Assembly: GCA_963797555.1 (NCBI GenBank)
Contig: CAWCPV010000009.1
Span: 128,001 to 192,000 of the forward strand
Reading direction: 5' to 3'
Source: an uncultured Gammaproteobacteria bacterium
GTDB taxonomy: Bacteria > Pseudomonadota > Gammaproteobacteria > CAWCPV01
Length of the DNA: 64,000 bases
Below are positions 11,567 through 21,817 of this stretch, piece after piece. The notes beneath the pieces were generated by a model, which saw only the letters and a list, made by a program, of their open reading frames with translations, was not told the DNA's origin and searched no databases. Positions within the stretch are counted from its first letter, which is position 1. Every line of letters begins with the position of its first letter. The position numbers and the translations under genes were made by a program.

Positions 11567-12664
11567 TTAGCGACTGGCGGCCGCGGGAAGGCCGAGCCGC
11601 TGCCGGTCGTAGTGCCCGGCCTGGACGGCCGCGCACCAGCTCAGGTGCTCGAGGTACCAGCGGACGGTCGCTTGCAGCCCTGCCTCGAAGCTGTGGCGGG
11701 GCGCCCAGCCGAGCTGCGAGCGGATCTTGGAGGGATCGATGGCGTAGCGCCGGTCGTGCCCCGGCCGGTTCGGCATGAAAGTCTTCAGTTCCGCATAGGA
11801 GCGCAACCCTTGCCGCACCAGCGTGGGGTTGCGGGCCGCGGGCGCTAGGCGCTCGATGGCGGCGCACAGCTCGTCGATTACCTGGAGGTTGGTGCGCTCG
11901 TTGCGCGCCCCGATGTTGTACTTCTCGCCTGGCACACCCCGCTCCAGCACCAGGAGCAGTGCCTCGCAATGGTCCTCGACGTACAGCCAGTCGCGTATGT
12001 TGCCGCCATCGCCGTAGAGGGGGATGGGTCTGCCGTCGAGCGCGTTCAGCAGGGCCAGGGGGATGAGCTTCTCGGGGAACTGGTGCGGCCCGTAATTGTT
12101 AGAGCAGTTGGTGATGATCGCGGGCAGCCCATACGTGGCGTAGTAGGCACGCACCAGGTGGTCGGCCCCGGCCTTGGAGGCGGAGTATGGGGAGTTGGGG
12201 GCATACGGCGTAGTCTCGGAGAACAGGCCGGTCTCCCCGAGGCTGCCGTAGACCTTGTCGGTGGAGATGTGCAGGAAACGGAACCGCGCACGCTCGGATG
12301 CCTCCAGGGTGTCGTAGTGGCGCCGTGCCGCCTCCAGCAGCACTGCGGTGCCCACGAGGTTGGTGTGCACGAACGGCCAGGGATCGTCGATGGAGCGGTC
12401 GACGTGAGTTTCGGCCGCGAAGTTCACCACTGCGCTCGGCCGGTGGCGCGCCAGCAGGTCGGCGACCAGCTCGTGATCGGCGATGTCCCCCTCGCTGAGC
12501 ACCAGCCGGTCGTCCTCGCGCAGACTGTCCAGGTTCTGCCGATGTCCGGCATAGGTCAGCTTGTCCAGCACGACGACGCTTCCGCCGGTGTGGGTCAGCG
12601 CCGCGCGCACGAAGTTGGCGCCGATGAATCCCGCGCCTCCTGTGACGATGATGCTGTCGCTCAT
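11567..12664 (-). CDS. rmlB: dTDP-glucose 4,6-dehydratase (TDE motif changed to TDK)
   Basis: TGGAGFIG, AAETHVDRSI, YSASKA, CSNNYGP and PGHDRRY motifs. Confidence 0.93.
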   Translation of the reverse strand: MSDSIIVTGGAGFIGANFVRAALTHTGGSVVVLDKLTYAGHRQNLDSLREDDRLVLSEGDIADHELVADLLARHRPSAVVNFAAETHVDRSIDDPWPFVHTNLVGTAVLLEAARRHYDTLEASERARFRFLHISTDKVYGSLGETGLFSETTPYAPNSPYSASKAGADHLVRAYYATYGLPAIITNCSNNYGPHQFPEKLIPLALLNALDGRPIPLYGDGGNIRDWLYVEDHCEALLLVLERGVPGEKYNIGARNERTNLQVIDELCAAIERLAPAARNPTLVRQGLRSYAELKTFMPNRPGHDRRYAIDPSKIRSQLGWAPRHSFEAGLQATVRWYLEHLSWCAAVQAGHYDRQRLGLPAAASR

Positions 12665-12895
12665 GGCTCCGATAGCCTCTGTGGCGGACCGTCCAACCGC
12701 ACCGCTTTCCGGCCCCCAAAGGCGCGATTATATACGCAGCGTCGAGGGGGCGACGGCCCTGTATTAAGTTAGCGCTCATACCCCCGGAACCTCTGTCCCG
12801 GAACCTCCGTCAAGAGACCGCGCGCCGACAGGCGCCTGAGCCGCCCGATCCTCGCCTACCGCCTGGCTCGGGGCGGGGTACCCTGCGCGCCCCCC

Positions 12896-12925
12896 TTGAC
12901 GCGCAACGGAATCTCCTGTAAAAAT
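12896..12925 (+). promoter_or_regulatory. Putative sigma70 promoter for a truncated gene starting at 13079
   Basis: TTGACG-17 nt-TAAAAA; GGAGG RBS before the ATG at 13079. Confidence 0.45.
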
Positions 12926-13420
12926 AGTCGCGTTCGGGGCAAACGCAACGAACATCAGTACGAGACGCGCCCCGGCGACCCGGAAAGCACGGTAACACGA
13001 AGGACAGGTTCGTCCCGCCGTTACGCCCGAGACTCTGAGGGGGCTGCGAGGCACAGGGGGCGGCCAAGGGAGGAAATCATGGCGAGGATGCCGGCCGAGA
13101 AGCCGGTCTCGGCGGCGACCGCCAAGGAGCGGTCCGTCACCACGGTTTACATCCACGGGACCGGGCCGGAGCCGGCCCTCGCGTTCTCGATCGCCAGTGG
13201 GACGGGTCCTGTTCGGGATGGACGCCAAGGTCCTCCGCGGATTCTTCCCCCTGCCGGTCACCGAGTGAATTGCCAACAGCGGCGTCGCCCCACGGTTTTC
13301 AACTCTAACTCTTGAGGATCCAATCTTGAAATCTGCCGGGAAATCTCCCAATGGAGGCCGACCGGCCAGGCCATCCAACAGGCGCTCGCCGTTTATAACG
13401 ACCCGACCATTCAGCAGAAA

Positions 13421-14323
13421 GTGCCGGATGCCCGCTTGCGGGCCAGTCTCGCCATGCTGATCGGCACGCCGGGCGAAGGCACAATTGATACCGTTAAAAG
13501 CAGCGATTTGGTGGATAAAGTGGTGTTTGCCCCAGTGCCCTCCGGTTTAAACGCGGATCCCTATGCGTGGATCTCCGTCAATGATCAACAGACTGCTCTC
13601 ACGATTTCTGTAAACCAGAAATATGAATATGAAGATCCTCGCCTGCTGGCATCTATAGTGCCGCATGAGGGAATTCATATTTCACAGGCCAATCTGGATG
13701 GTTTACTTGATGGGACAAATACAGGCGATCTTCAACCCGATGAAACCATTGCGGAGACGGTTGCCGCAGCCACCTATGCGCAGTTTGTTACCGAAGACCC
13801 GACCCTGGCCGGCCCGAAGCGGGATGCCAAAGGGCAGCCGGTTATCGGAAATAACGGGTTTCCGGTGGCTCAGTCGGAACTGCAGCAACGTCGGAACATG
13901 GCTCTGCTGGCCCTGGTGAACACTCGGGTCAATGGGCAGGTTCGCCTGGAAGATTCCGATAGCGGCAATGTGTTCCCCAACGCTGTGACGCCGTTGAGTT
14001 CATTTACGGACCTGTTTAGAGATCTCCCTCCCATCGATCAGGATGGCGGCCCGGCCATGCAAGCCGCCGTGGACAAGCTGGTTGGCTACCACGTGCCCAA
14101 CCCCCGTGCGGACCAGGCCACCGTGGATGTATTGGATAAGAACATCCACAACTACTTTCCACCCCAGGAGTGGGTTGGCATTATGCAAGCCCTGCAATTG
14201 GATGTGTGGCCATACACTCAGGACGGAATGAATGACCATGGCCCTAAGAATGATCCCCGTAATGGCCATGGCAATAAGAATAAAGGTCCTTTGGGGTCTT
14301 CAACTTTAAATCAATTTGCTTAA
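13421..14323 (+). CDS. Hypothetical HExxH (zinc-metallopeptidase-like) protein, probably 5'-truncated
   Basis: SIVPHEGIH motif with downstream Glu; reading frame open upstream to a stop at 13313-13315; visibly lower GC than the flanks. Confidence 0.55.
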   Translation: MPDARLRASLAMLIGTPGEGTIDTVKSSDLVDKVVFAPVPSGLNADPYAWISVNDQQTALTISVNQKYEYEDPRLLASIVPHEGIHISQANLDGLLDGTNTGDLQPDETIAETVAAATYAQFVTEDPTLAGPKRDAKGQPVIGNNGFPVAQSELQQRRNMALLALVNTRVNGQVRLEDSDSGNVFPNAVTPLSSFTDLFRDLPPIDQDGGPAMQAAVDKLVGYHVPNPRADQATVDVLDKNIHNYFPPQEWVGIMQALQLDVWPYTQDGMNDHGPKNDPRNGHGNKNKGPLGSSTLNQFA

Positions 14324-14361
14324 AGCCCTTCAAAGGTTTCAGCATCCGAAAACTCCCAACC

Positions 14362-15150
<789 letters not shown>

Positions 15151-15199
15151 TCATGCTCCAGGAACATCGTCGCTGCAGGATCACGCCGGAGATCGCCCA

Positions 15200-16066
15200 G
15201 TGAGCCGTCGTGTCAGTCGCCTGGCCCCGGTGCTGCTAGCCCTCGGTCTGGTGACGCTTTTCCCAGGTCCGCCCCGGGGTCTGGCGTGGGAGCGCATGGA
15301 TCCCCAGACTCTGGGCGCGATGTCCGACGGCGCGGTGCTCGAGTGGGCGTTGCGCCAGGTGGGACCCCATCTCGGTGTCATGGCCGCCGCGGCTGAACGG
15401 CACCGGCTGCCGCCGCGGCTGCTGGCGACCTGCATATTGAACGAGCTTGCCGACTACGGTCTGGAGGACCAGCTACAGGAGCTGTTCTTCAATACCGGTT
15501 CCGTGGGCATGGCCCAGATGCAGGTGCCGCGTGCCATCGAGTACCACCGTGTGGACATCGGGCCCCACGAGCTGGACGCATGCGTGACCGGCGCGCTGGC
15601 GCGCGAGCCGGCGCGTGCCGGTTCCGGACAGGCCAAAGAGTTCTGTCAGCGTTACCTGACCTGGCAGCGGCTCAACGAGCCGGGTCCCGCCATCGAGGCT
15701 GCCGCCCGGGAACTGGACTGGATATTGGACGCCATGAATGCCAACCTGAGCCGACCCTGGCAGCAGCAGTTCCTGACCGGTCCCATCGACCGTGCTCAGC
15801 CCTACGCGCAGGTGCGGCCAGCGCCCGACGCGGCGTCCGGCGATGCCGCCTGGGCACGGGAGGAAGGGCTCGCGGTCGCCGTATGCACTGCCTACAACGC
15901 CCCCAGCATCCTGAAGGCTCGCGCGGTGGGGGATGGACAGGGGCGGGAAGCGGCGGCGGGGAATGCTTTTCTCAGCGCGCGCCGCCATGGGCGGAGGGCC
16001 GCACGCCTGGCGGGCCTGCTGGCGCGGGCGCGGGTGCTCGCCTCGGCGTCGACCCGCGCGCCCTGA
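15200..16066 (+). CDS. Exported hypothetical protein with lysozyme/lytic-transglycosylase-like motifs
   Basis: Signal peptide; AAERHRLPPRLLATCILNE, SVGMAQM and AYNA resemble SLT motifs I-III. Confidence 0.5.
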   Translation: MSRRVSRLAPVLLALGLVTLFPGPPRGLAWERMDPQTLGAMSDGAVLEWALRQVGPHLGVMAAAAERHRLPPRLLATCILNELADYGLEDQLQELFFNTGSVGMAQMQVPRAIEYHRVDIGPHELDACVTGALAREPARAGSGQAKEFCQRYLTWQRLNEPGPAIEAAARELDWILDAMNANLSRPWQQQFLTGPIDRAQPYAQVRPAPDAASGDAAWAREEGLAVAVCTAYNAPSILKARAVGDGQGREAAAGNAFLSARRHGRRAARLAGLLARARVLASASTRAP

Positions 16067-16226
16067 CCGGCGCACGAGATCCCGGCTCAGAAAGCTGCCG
16101 GAGCGCGGCGCGAGCGATGGTATCATTATTTTCCACGCACCGTGGCGGCCGCGGTTGCTCCTACCGATACAGATTTCCGTATGCGGCCGCGCGCGGAGTG
16201 CCGCGCCTCGCGGCAGGCTGACCTCC

Positions 16227-17153
16227 ATGCTGTATGCCCAGAACGTCCTGCGTGGCGCCCTCTTGATCGTGGCCTCGGAGCTGATGTTCACCTCCATGGG
16301 CGCCGCCGTGAAAATGGCAGCGGCGCAGTTGCCGAACGAGGTGGTGGTGTTTTTCCGCAACTTCTTCGGCCTGCTGGCATTGCTCCCCTGGCTGTTGCGC
16401 ACGGGCGCGGGAGGCCTGAGGACCGATGCACTGGGGCTGCATCTGCTGCGTTCCCTGGTCGGCCTGGCGGCCATGTACTGCTTCTTTTATTCCATCGGCC
16501 GCCTGCCGTTGGCCGCGGCGGTGCTGGTGGCACTGATGGCACCCTTCTTAATCCCGATCATCGCGGCGGTGTGGCTGGCCGAGGGCGTGCCGATGCAGAC
16601 GCGCTGGGCGATCCCGGTGGGCTTCCTCGGGGTGGTATTGGTGCTCAAGCCGGGGCCTGGCATCTTGGCGCCGGCAGCCCTGGTCGGGCTTGCGGGCGCG
16701 GGGTTCGCCGCTCTCGCCAAGGTGGCTATCCGGCGCATGGCGCGGAGCGAGCCGACGATTCGCATCGTTTTCTATTTCTCCGTGGTCGCGACTGTAGCCT
16801 CGGCGGTGCCCCTCGCTTGGAGCTGGCGGACGCCGACGCCGGAGCTTTGGGCCGTGCTGGCCACGAGCGGTTTATTCGCCACCGCCGGCCAACTGCTGCT
16901 CACTCGAGCCTATGCCTTGGCCCCAGCCGCCCGCATCGGGCCGGTCACCTATGTGGCTGTCGTGTTTTCGTCGCTGTACGGGTGGGTGATCTGGGGCGAC
17001 ACGCTGGGTGCGCTCGGGCTGGTCGGGGCAGTGCTCATCTGCAGTGCCGGCATACTGACGAGCACCCCACGTCGGGGTGTGCGGGCCGCGGGGCCGACTG
17101 TCGAGGCCCCAGGCGTGGCGCACCCCCTGGTGCGGGACGCCACCGCGGAGTGA
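16227..17153 (+). CDS. DMT/EamA-family transporter
   Basis: About 10 TM segments; VVFFRN, GFLGVVLVLKPG and GQLLLTRAY motifs. Confidence 0.9.
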   Translation: MLYAQNVLRGALLIVASELMFTSMGAAVKMAAAQLPNEVVVFFRNFFGLLALLPWLLRTGAGGLRTDALGLHLLRSLVGLAAMYCFFYSIGRLPLAAAVLVALMAPFLIPIIAAVWLAEGVPMQTRWAIPVGFLGVVLVLKPGPGILAPAALVGLAGAGFAALAKVAIRRMARSEPTIRIVFYFSVVATVASAVPLAWSWRTPTPELWAVLATSGLFATAGQLLLTRAYALAPAARIGPVTYVAVVFSSLYGWVIWGDTLGALGLVGAVLICSAGILTSTPRRGVRAAGPTVEAPGVAHPLVRDATAE

Positions 17154-17249
17154 TTTCGTCGTGGCCGAGCCCCGGCTTTGCCGAGGGTTCCGCGAGGCTT
17201 GGCCTTCAGCGGGGTCGGAGGTTGGCCCGGTCAGCCCGGCAGCCACTTA

Positions 17250-18351
17250 CTAAGTCCATTTTAAGTAAAGCCATATGTTGGTACAATGGGGGCATGAAAT
17301 GCAAGCGCGAATCGGACGGGCGCAAGCTCGATCATAGGAGCCTGCAGGTGCTGCGCCAGCAAGCCGTGAAAGCGGTGCGTCACGGACAGACGGTACAGAG
17401 CGTAGCGCAGGCCTTCGGGTTGAACATTCGCACCGTGTTTCGCTGGCTCTCGGCATTTGCCTCGGGGGGACAGAACGCGCTGTTGGCCAAGCCGATCCCG
17501 GGCCGCCCGCCGCTGCTTGGCGCCGAGGAGATGCGCTGGCTGGCGGGGGCGGTGCGCGAGCACACGCCGCAGCAGTTCCGATTCGAGTTTGCGCTGTGGA
17601 CCCTGCCGCTCATCGGCAGGTTGATCGAGCGGCGGTTCAACAAGCGCCTTTCGGACTCCGCCGTCAGGCGGGTGATGCGGGTGCTGGGATTCACTGCCCA
17701 GAAGCCGCTCTACCGTGCCTGGCAGCGCGATCCGGTGCTGGTCGAGCGCTGGCAGAAAGAGCAATTTCCCGCCATCCAGGCCGAGGCCAAGCGCGTGGGG
17801 GCGACCATCTACTTTGGGGATGAGTCGGGGATGCGCTCCGACTACCACGCCGGCACCACTTGGGCGCCGATGGGCAAGACCCCGGTGGTCGCGGTGACCG
17901 GGGCGCGGTTCTCGCTCGCCATGCTCTCGGCGGTGAGCGCCCGCGGGGGCTTGCGCTTCATGGTGCACGAGGGGACGGTGACCGCCGCGGTGTTCAAGGA
18001 ATTCCTCAAGCGCCTGCTGGTGGGCGCCACCCGGCCGGTCTTCCTCATCGTCGATGGCCATCCCATCCACAAGGCACGATTGATCCAGGACTTCATCGGC
18101 GAACAGAACGGGCGCCTTAAGCTGTTCTTCCTCCCCCCGTACTCGCCCCAACTCAATCCCGACGAACAGGTTTGGGGGCATGTGAAAGCCCGCGTCGCCA
18201 AGCGCCGGGTGGAAAGCAAAGAGGATCTCAAGAGCAAACTCCTCGGTGCTTTGCGCCGGCTCCAGAAGCTGCCAGAAATCGTCAAAGGCTTTTTCATGCA
18301 TCCGCATTGCTGCTACGCTGTCTGATATGGCCTTACTTAAGAAAGGATTAG
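17250..18351 (+). mobile_element. IS630-family element, apparently intact
   Basis: Imperfect TIRs CTAAGTCCATTTTAAGTAAAGCCATAT / ATATGGCCTTACTTAAGAAAGGATTAG; TA on both flanks. Confidence 0.92.
17294..18325 (+). CDS. IS630 transposase
   Basis: N-terminal HTH; FGDESG, LIVDGHPIH and LPPYSPQLNPDEQVW motifs. Confidence 0.95.
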   Translation: MKCKRESDGRKLDHRSLQVLRQQAVKAVRHGQTVQSVAQAFGLNIRTVFRWLSAFASGGQNALLAKPIPGRPPLLGAEEMRWLAGAVREHTPQQFRFEFALWTLPLIGRLIERRFNKRLSDSAVRRVMRVLGFTAQKPLYRAWQRDPVLVERWQKEQFPAIQAEAKRVGATIYFGDESGMRSDYHAGTTWAPMGKTPVVAVTGARFSLAMLSAVSARGGLRFMVHEGTVTAAVFKEFLKRLLVGATRPVFLIVDGHPIHKARLIQDFIGEQNGRLKLFFLPPYSPQLNPDEQVWGHVKARVAKRRVESKEDLKSKLLGALRRLQKLPEIVKGFFMHPHCCYAV

Positions 18352-18522
18352 TAACTTTCCCTTGCGCGGCCAGGGGCGGTGCAGGAAGGGGTTCGACGAC
18401 CCGCCGCCTTGAGCGGTTGACGGTTTCACGGCTCCGTCGAGGCGCTCACCCCATTTCGCACCCGGCTGCGCCGGGTCATTCGACTCGCGGGAATGCCCGT
18501 GACGGCCGGTCTCGCCGGGTCA

Positions 18523-19224
18523 TCAGCCGGAGTGTCCGGTCCTCTTGCCGGTGGCCAGCGGCACGCTGACGCTGCCGGCACTCCTCCCAATCCTCCGGCG
18601 GTCTATGACGAACAGCCGATTGCCGTTGATCATGGCCGAAATGTCACACCCCGTTCCCTTCCAATCCTGCAGCAGGACGCCGGCCAGGTGGAGCAGCGTG
18701 AAGGCCAGCACAGTCGCGTCCCCGACCCGATGGAGCCCGAGCCAGAGGTCCTGCGGCCAGGGCAGCAGGTCCCGCATGGCGAGCGCGAGGTTCGGGGCCG
18801 CCAACAGAAAGCCGCTTATCACCTGGAGCGTCAAGACGAGGAACAGGCCCAGGTAGACCGGTCCCCAGAGCGGGTTATGCGCGTAGTAGGCGGGAAGGGG
18901 AGAGCGCCCTCCGGTCAGGTAGAACATCATGACATCGCGGCCCGCACGCCACTGAGGTCCGCGGGGGATGAGATCACGCCAGTGCTCCGCACCCGACCCG
19001 AAGAACAGCAGATAGAAGCGCAGCAGCAGCGCTCCCGCGAGCCCATAGCCCGCTATACGGTGGATCGCGAGCGTCCGTTCGCCGGTCTGGACGATGTGAC
19101 CGGCGAGGATCCAGCCTGTGGCGAGGAGGCAAAGCACGGATACCGCCATCGCAGCGTGGGCAAGCCTCGAGGCTCCGCTCCAGACCTTCACGCGCTGGAT
19201 CTCCTGCTGGCCGCCCGGGTTCAT
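18523..19224 (-). CDS. Cytochrome b/b6-domain protein (Ni/Fe-hydrogenase b-type cytochrome family)
   Basis: VWSGASRLAH, IHRIAG, YAHNPL, LHR...LHL heme-ligand His pattern and ISAMING. Confidence 0.8.
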   Translation of the reverse strand: MNPGGQQEIQRVKVWSGASRLAHAAMAVSVLCLLATGWILAGHIVQTGERTLAIHRIAGYGLAGALLLRFYLLFFGSGAEHWRDLIPRGPQWRAGRDVMMFYLTGGRSPLPAYYAHNPLWGPVYLGLFLVLTLQVISGFLLAAPNLALAMRDLLPWPQDLWLGLHRVGDATVLAFTLLHLAGVLLQDWKGTGCDISAMINGNRLFVIDRRRIGRSAGSVSVPLATGKRTGHSG

Positions 19225-19316
19225 GGCAATCCTCCATGGGAGATGTGGACCGTGATAATAAGCAGGTCCCCGGACCAGAGACAACAGGCCAAGACAGGTG
19301 CACTCGGGTCCTAATG

Positions 19317-19359
19317 TTGACTTTTTCACTCGGGTATATATATTAGTAGAAGGTAATAT
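19317..19359 (+). promoter_or_regulatory. Putative sigma70 promoter overlapped by palindromic operator ATATTA-N8-TAATAT
   Basis: TTGACT-16 nt-TATATT; perfect 6-bp inverted repeat at 19340-19359 in an AT-rich patch. Confidence 0.55.
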
Positions 19360-19385
19360 GCGTTAACTGCTAGGAGGATTCCAGC

Positions 19386-19841
19386 ATGTCAGGACTGATT
19401 GCAGGCTTTCCCTTGGACGGCGTGGTCACCGTCAACCGAGTGATCCTCAGGCCGGGCTACACGGTGGATGACCTCCAGGACCGGGTGGCGCTGCTGTGCG
19501 AGAACGTGAAAACCTACCACTCCGACACCGGGTTCATCGGCGGCTTCGTGGCACTCAACCGCGGGGATATCTCGAATGAGGGCAGCACCGTCGGTCAGGC
19601 GGTGTCGAGCCCCCTGAAAGACCGCGAGGCCCTCATCGTCACCTTCTGGCGGTCCTTCGAGGACCACGAGCGATCGCATCGCAGCGACACCTTCCAACCG
19701 CTGTTCCAGCAGGTCCTCGAGCTTTGCGAGAACGGCAACGAGGAGATTGCTTACAGCATGCTCTGGTCGGGCGAGGCGTACTCCGCGGCTGAGGCGGACG
19801 CCGCCCGGCGCGCCAAGGAGCGCTTCTCAGCCGCGGCTTAG
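19386..19841 (+). CDS. Conserved protein of probable dimeric alpha-beta barrel (ABM/SOR-like) fold
   Basis: GFIGG...LIVTFWRSFEDHERSH ABM-like pattern; two CEN motifs; strong AGGAGG RBS. Confidence 0.65.
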   Translation: MSGLIAGFPLDGVVTVNRVILRPGYTVDDLQDRVALLCENVKTYHSDTGFIGGFVALNRGDISNEGSTVGQAVSSPLKDREALIVTFWRSFEDHERSHRSDTFQPLFQQVLELCENGNEEIAYSMLWSGEAYSAAEADAARRAKERFSAAA

Positions 19842-19925
19842 AGGGTTCGGGGAGGGCGGTCTATGGCGCGGCGCGCACCCCCCGGCCTTCCCCATTCTGC
19901 AAACAGGCCTGAAACCCGCACCTGA

Positions 19926-20474
19926 GAGCTTGTGAATAAATCTGCTGCGCGTCCCGATAGCGGCGTTGCGCGGTGGTCATGGCGCACCTCCCTGTACGCC
20001 ACCCCTGTCGGGGCGTCTCGGGGACGTGCCGAATGGCTGTCCTGCCATTCGGTCGCTCCTCGCCTATCTACTTGATTGTCACCCCATGGGAGGGTTCAAA
20101 CCCCCAGCTTGAGCTGGAAGCTTTGAGCCTGCCCTTGTAGCTTAGGGGGGATGAGCGATTATAGGCGAGGGACGCACTCGGTTTTTCGGCTGCACGTGCA
20201 CTTGGTGTAGTGTACCAAGTACCACAAGGGGGTGTTGCGCGGCGACGTTGGGCAGAGGACCGAAGATCGGTTTCAGGTCGTTGAGGGGGGCGACTTGGAG
20301 TCGCAATGAACCGCCTTGGGGCGGGTGGCTTGCAGCCGGCTTCAGCCGGAACCGGCACTTACAGTGCCCAACTCAAGCCACCGGCTTATAGCCGGTGGTG
20401 ACATTGACATGTCTCGTCGCTGCGCTCCGTGAGCCTTGCTCTCGGGCCGCTCGCGACGATTTCTTCACAAGCTC
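19926..20474. mobile_element. Complete MITE-like element (copy B) with nested insertion
   Basis: TIR GAGCTTGTGAA...TTCACAAGCTC; TGA flanks both ends (19923-19925, 20475-20477). Confidence 0.8.
20077..20408 (+). mobile_element. Non-autonomous IS200/IS605-derived element with internally deleted tnpA
   Basis: MSDYRRGTHSVFRLHVHLV*CTKYHKGVLRGDVGQR from ATG 20151 (TnpA N-terminus); inserted 3' of TTGAT; right end CAAGCCACCGGCTTATAGCCGGTGGTGACATTGAC hairpin. Confidence 0.85.
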
Positions 20475-20648
20475 TGAGTGGGAGCCTCCCGCAGCTCCCG
20501 CCGGGCGTCCCCCTTGCGACCGCGGCGCCGCGCCGGGAAGATGGCCGGTGTGGGCAGCCGTCGACGGTCATGAGGGTCTTTGCCACCCTAGAACATGACG
20601 ACGGTTGCTCACCCGTCGCTGCACTGTGACCGTCACGAGAACTACACC

Positions 20649-21215
20649 ATGGCGCGGCGTCTGTCCCACGTCGTCGGGTTCGACGACGGGCCGTTCGCTC
20701 CGACGCACCGAGGCGACGTCCTAGTCGTAGGTACCGTCTATGCCGGCCTGCGCCTGGACGGGATCCTCAGCGCCCGGGTACGCCGGGACGGCGCCAACGC
20801 GACGCGCACGCTGGTAAGCTTGGTGTCCGGGTCGCGCTTCGCTTCGCACCTCCAGCTCGTCGTGCTCCAAGGGATCGCTCTGGCCGGCTTCAACGTAGTC
20901 GACCTGCACGGGATGCACTGCGCCCTCGGGCTGCCGGTGCTGGTGGTGGCGCGCCGGGCTCCCGATCTGGAGTCCATACGCCGCGCGCTGTTGACCCGGA
21001 TTCGGGGCGGCGCGCGTAAGTGGTCGCTGATCGAGCGCGCCGGGCCCATGGAGCGGGCGGGTCGGGTATTCGTCCAGCGGGCGGGGTTGACGCTGGACGA
21101 GGCGCGCGCGGTGGTCGACGGCCTGGCCGTCCACAGCGCGCTCCCCGAGCCGTTGCGGGCGGCCCACCTGATCGCGGCGGGATTGGTCCTGGGAGAAAGC
21201 CGGGGTCGGCCCTGA
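20649..21215 (+). CDS. DUF99/UPF0215 family protein (endonuclease V-like fold)
   Basis: VVGFDDGPF, DGANAT, GIALAGFNVVD and PEPLRAAHLIA motifs. Confidence 0.85.
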   Translation: MARRLSHVVGFDDGPFAPTHRGDVLVVGTVYAGLRLDGILSARVRRDGANATRTLVSLVSGSRFASHLQLVVLQGIALAGFNVVDLHGMHCALGLPVLVVARRAPDLESIRRALLTRIRGGARKWSLIERAGPMERAGRVFVQRAGLTLDEARAVVDGLAVHSALPEPLRAAHLIAAGLVLGESRGRP

Positions 21216-21232
21216 GGGATTTGCCGGGAAGG

Positions 21233-21817
21233 CTATTCGGCGGTGGACGGGTGCGGTACTGCGCGGCTTGCGTCCTGCTCTTGTGATGTCGGGTTCTCGA
21301 CGGCCCTGGCGATGATCGTGCGGGCCTCGCGGCCGGTGAGGGTCTCGCGCGCGAGAAGGACCCGGGCGAGGGCGCTCACGGCCCGCGACAGGTCGTCACG
21401 TCCGAGGACGTTCCAGGCGCGTTCCCGCAGCCGGCCCCAGCGATCACGGCTCTCCTCGTCGGAGCCGCAGCCCTGCTCGATCAGCCGGTAAGCCCGCTCC
21501 AGGTCATGCTGCGCGCTCGGCGCGCGGAAGCGCCGCTCGTACGGCCAGGCGGCCAGCGGTCCCGCCAGGTAGACGAGCACCGCGCGATCGAGGGCGGACC
21601 TATCCACCGTGTGCGGCCCGGGCGAGAAGTCACGGCAGAACCACACCCAGCCGCGACAGCGGGGTGTGCCGCGTATGCTGATGGTGCGGAACGCTGCTCC
21701 GAGGTGCCACCCCATGACGGCGTGCCCGGCCTCGTGAAAGGCGACGGCGGTGGCGCGCGGGGGTGGGCGGCGTGCGTCGGCTTCAGCGACTCCGGGGACG
21801 CTGGGGTCGGCACTCAT
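21233..21817 (-). CDS. Stand-alone peptidase M41 (FtsH protease domain)-like protein
   Basis: AFHEAGHAV, LAGPLA, DLERA and ALARVLLARETLTG motifs; ATGA overlap with argE. Confidence 0.7.
   Translation of the reverse strand: MSADPSVPGVAEADARRPPPRATAVAFHEAGHAVMGWHLGAAFRTISIRGTPRCRGWVWFCRDFSPGPHTVDRSALDRAVLVYLAGPLAAWPYERRFRAPSAQHDLERAYRLIEQGCGSDEESRDRWGRLRERAWNVLGRDDLSRAVSALARVLLARETLTGREARTIIARAVENPTSQEQDASRAVPHPSTAE

Noticed and set aside
16142-18325. 727-aa ORF as a transposase fusion
   Set aside because: The N-terminal part is an off-frame shadow of the EamA gene; the real transposase starts at 17294, inside the TIR.
18385-18415. GGGGTTCGAC resembling a tRNA T-arm
   Set aside because: No T-stem, acceptor stem or anticodon arm can be built around it.
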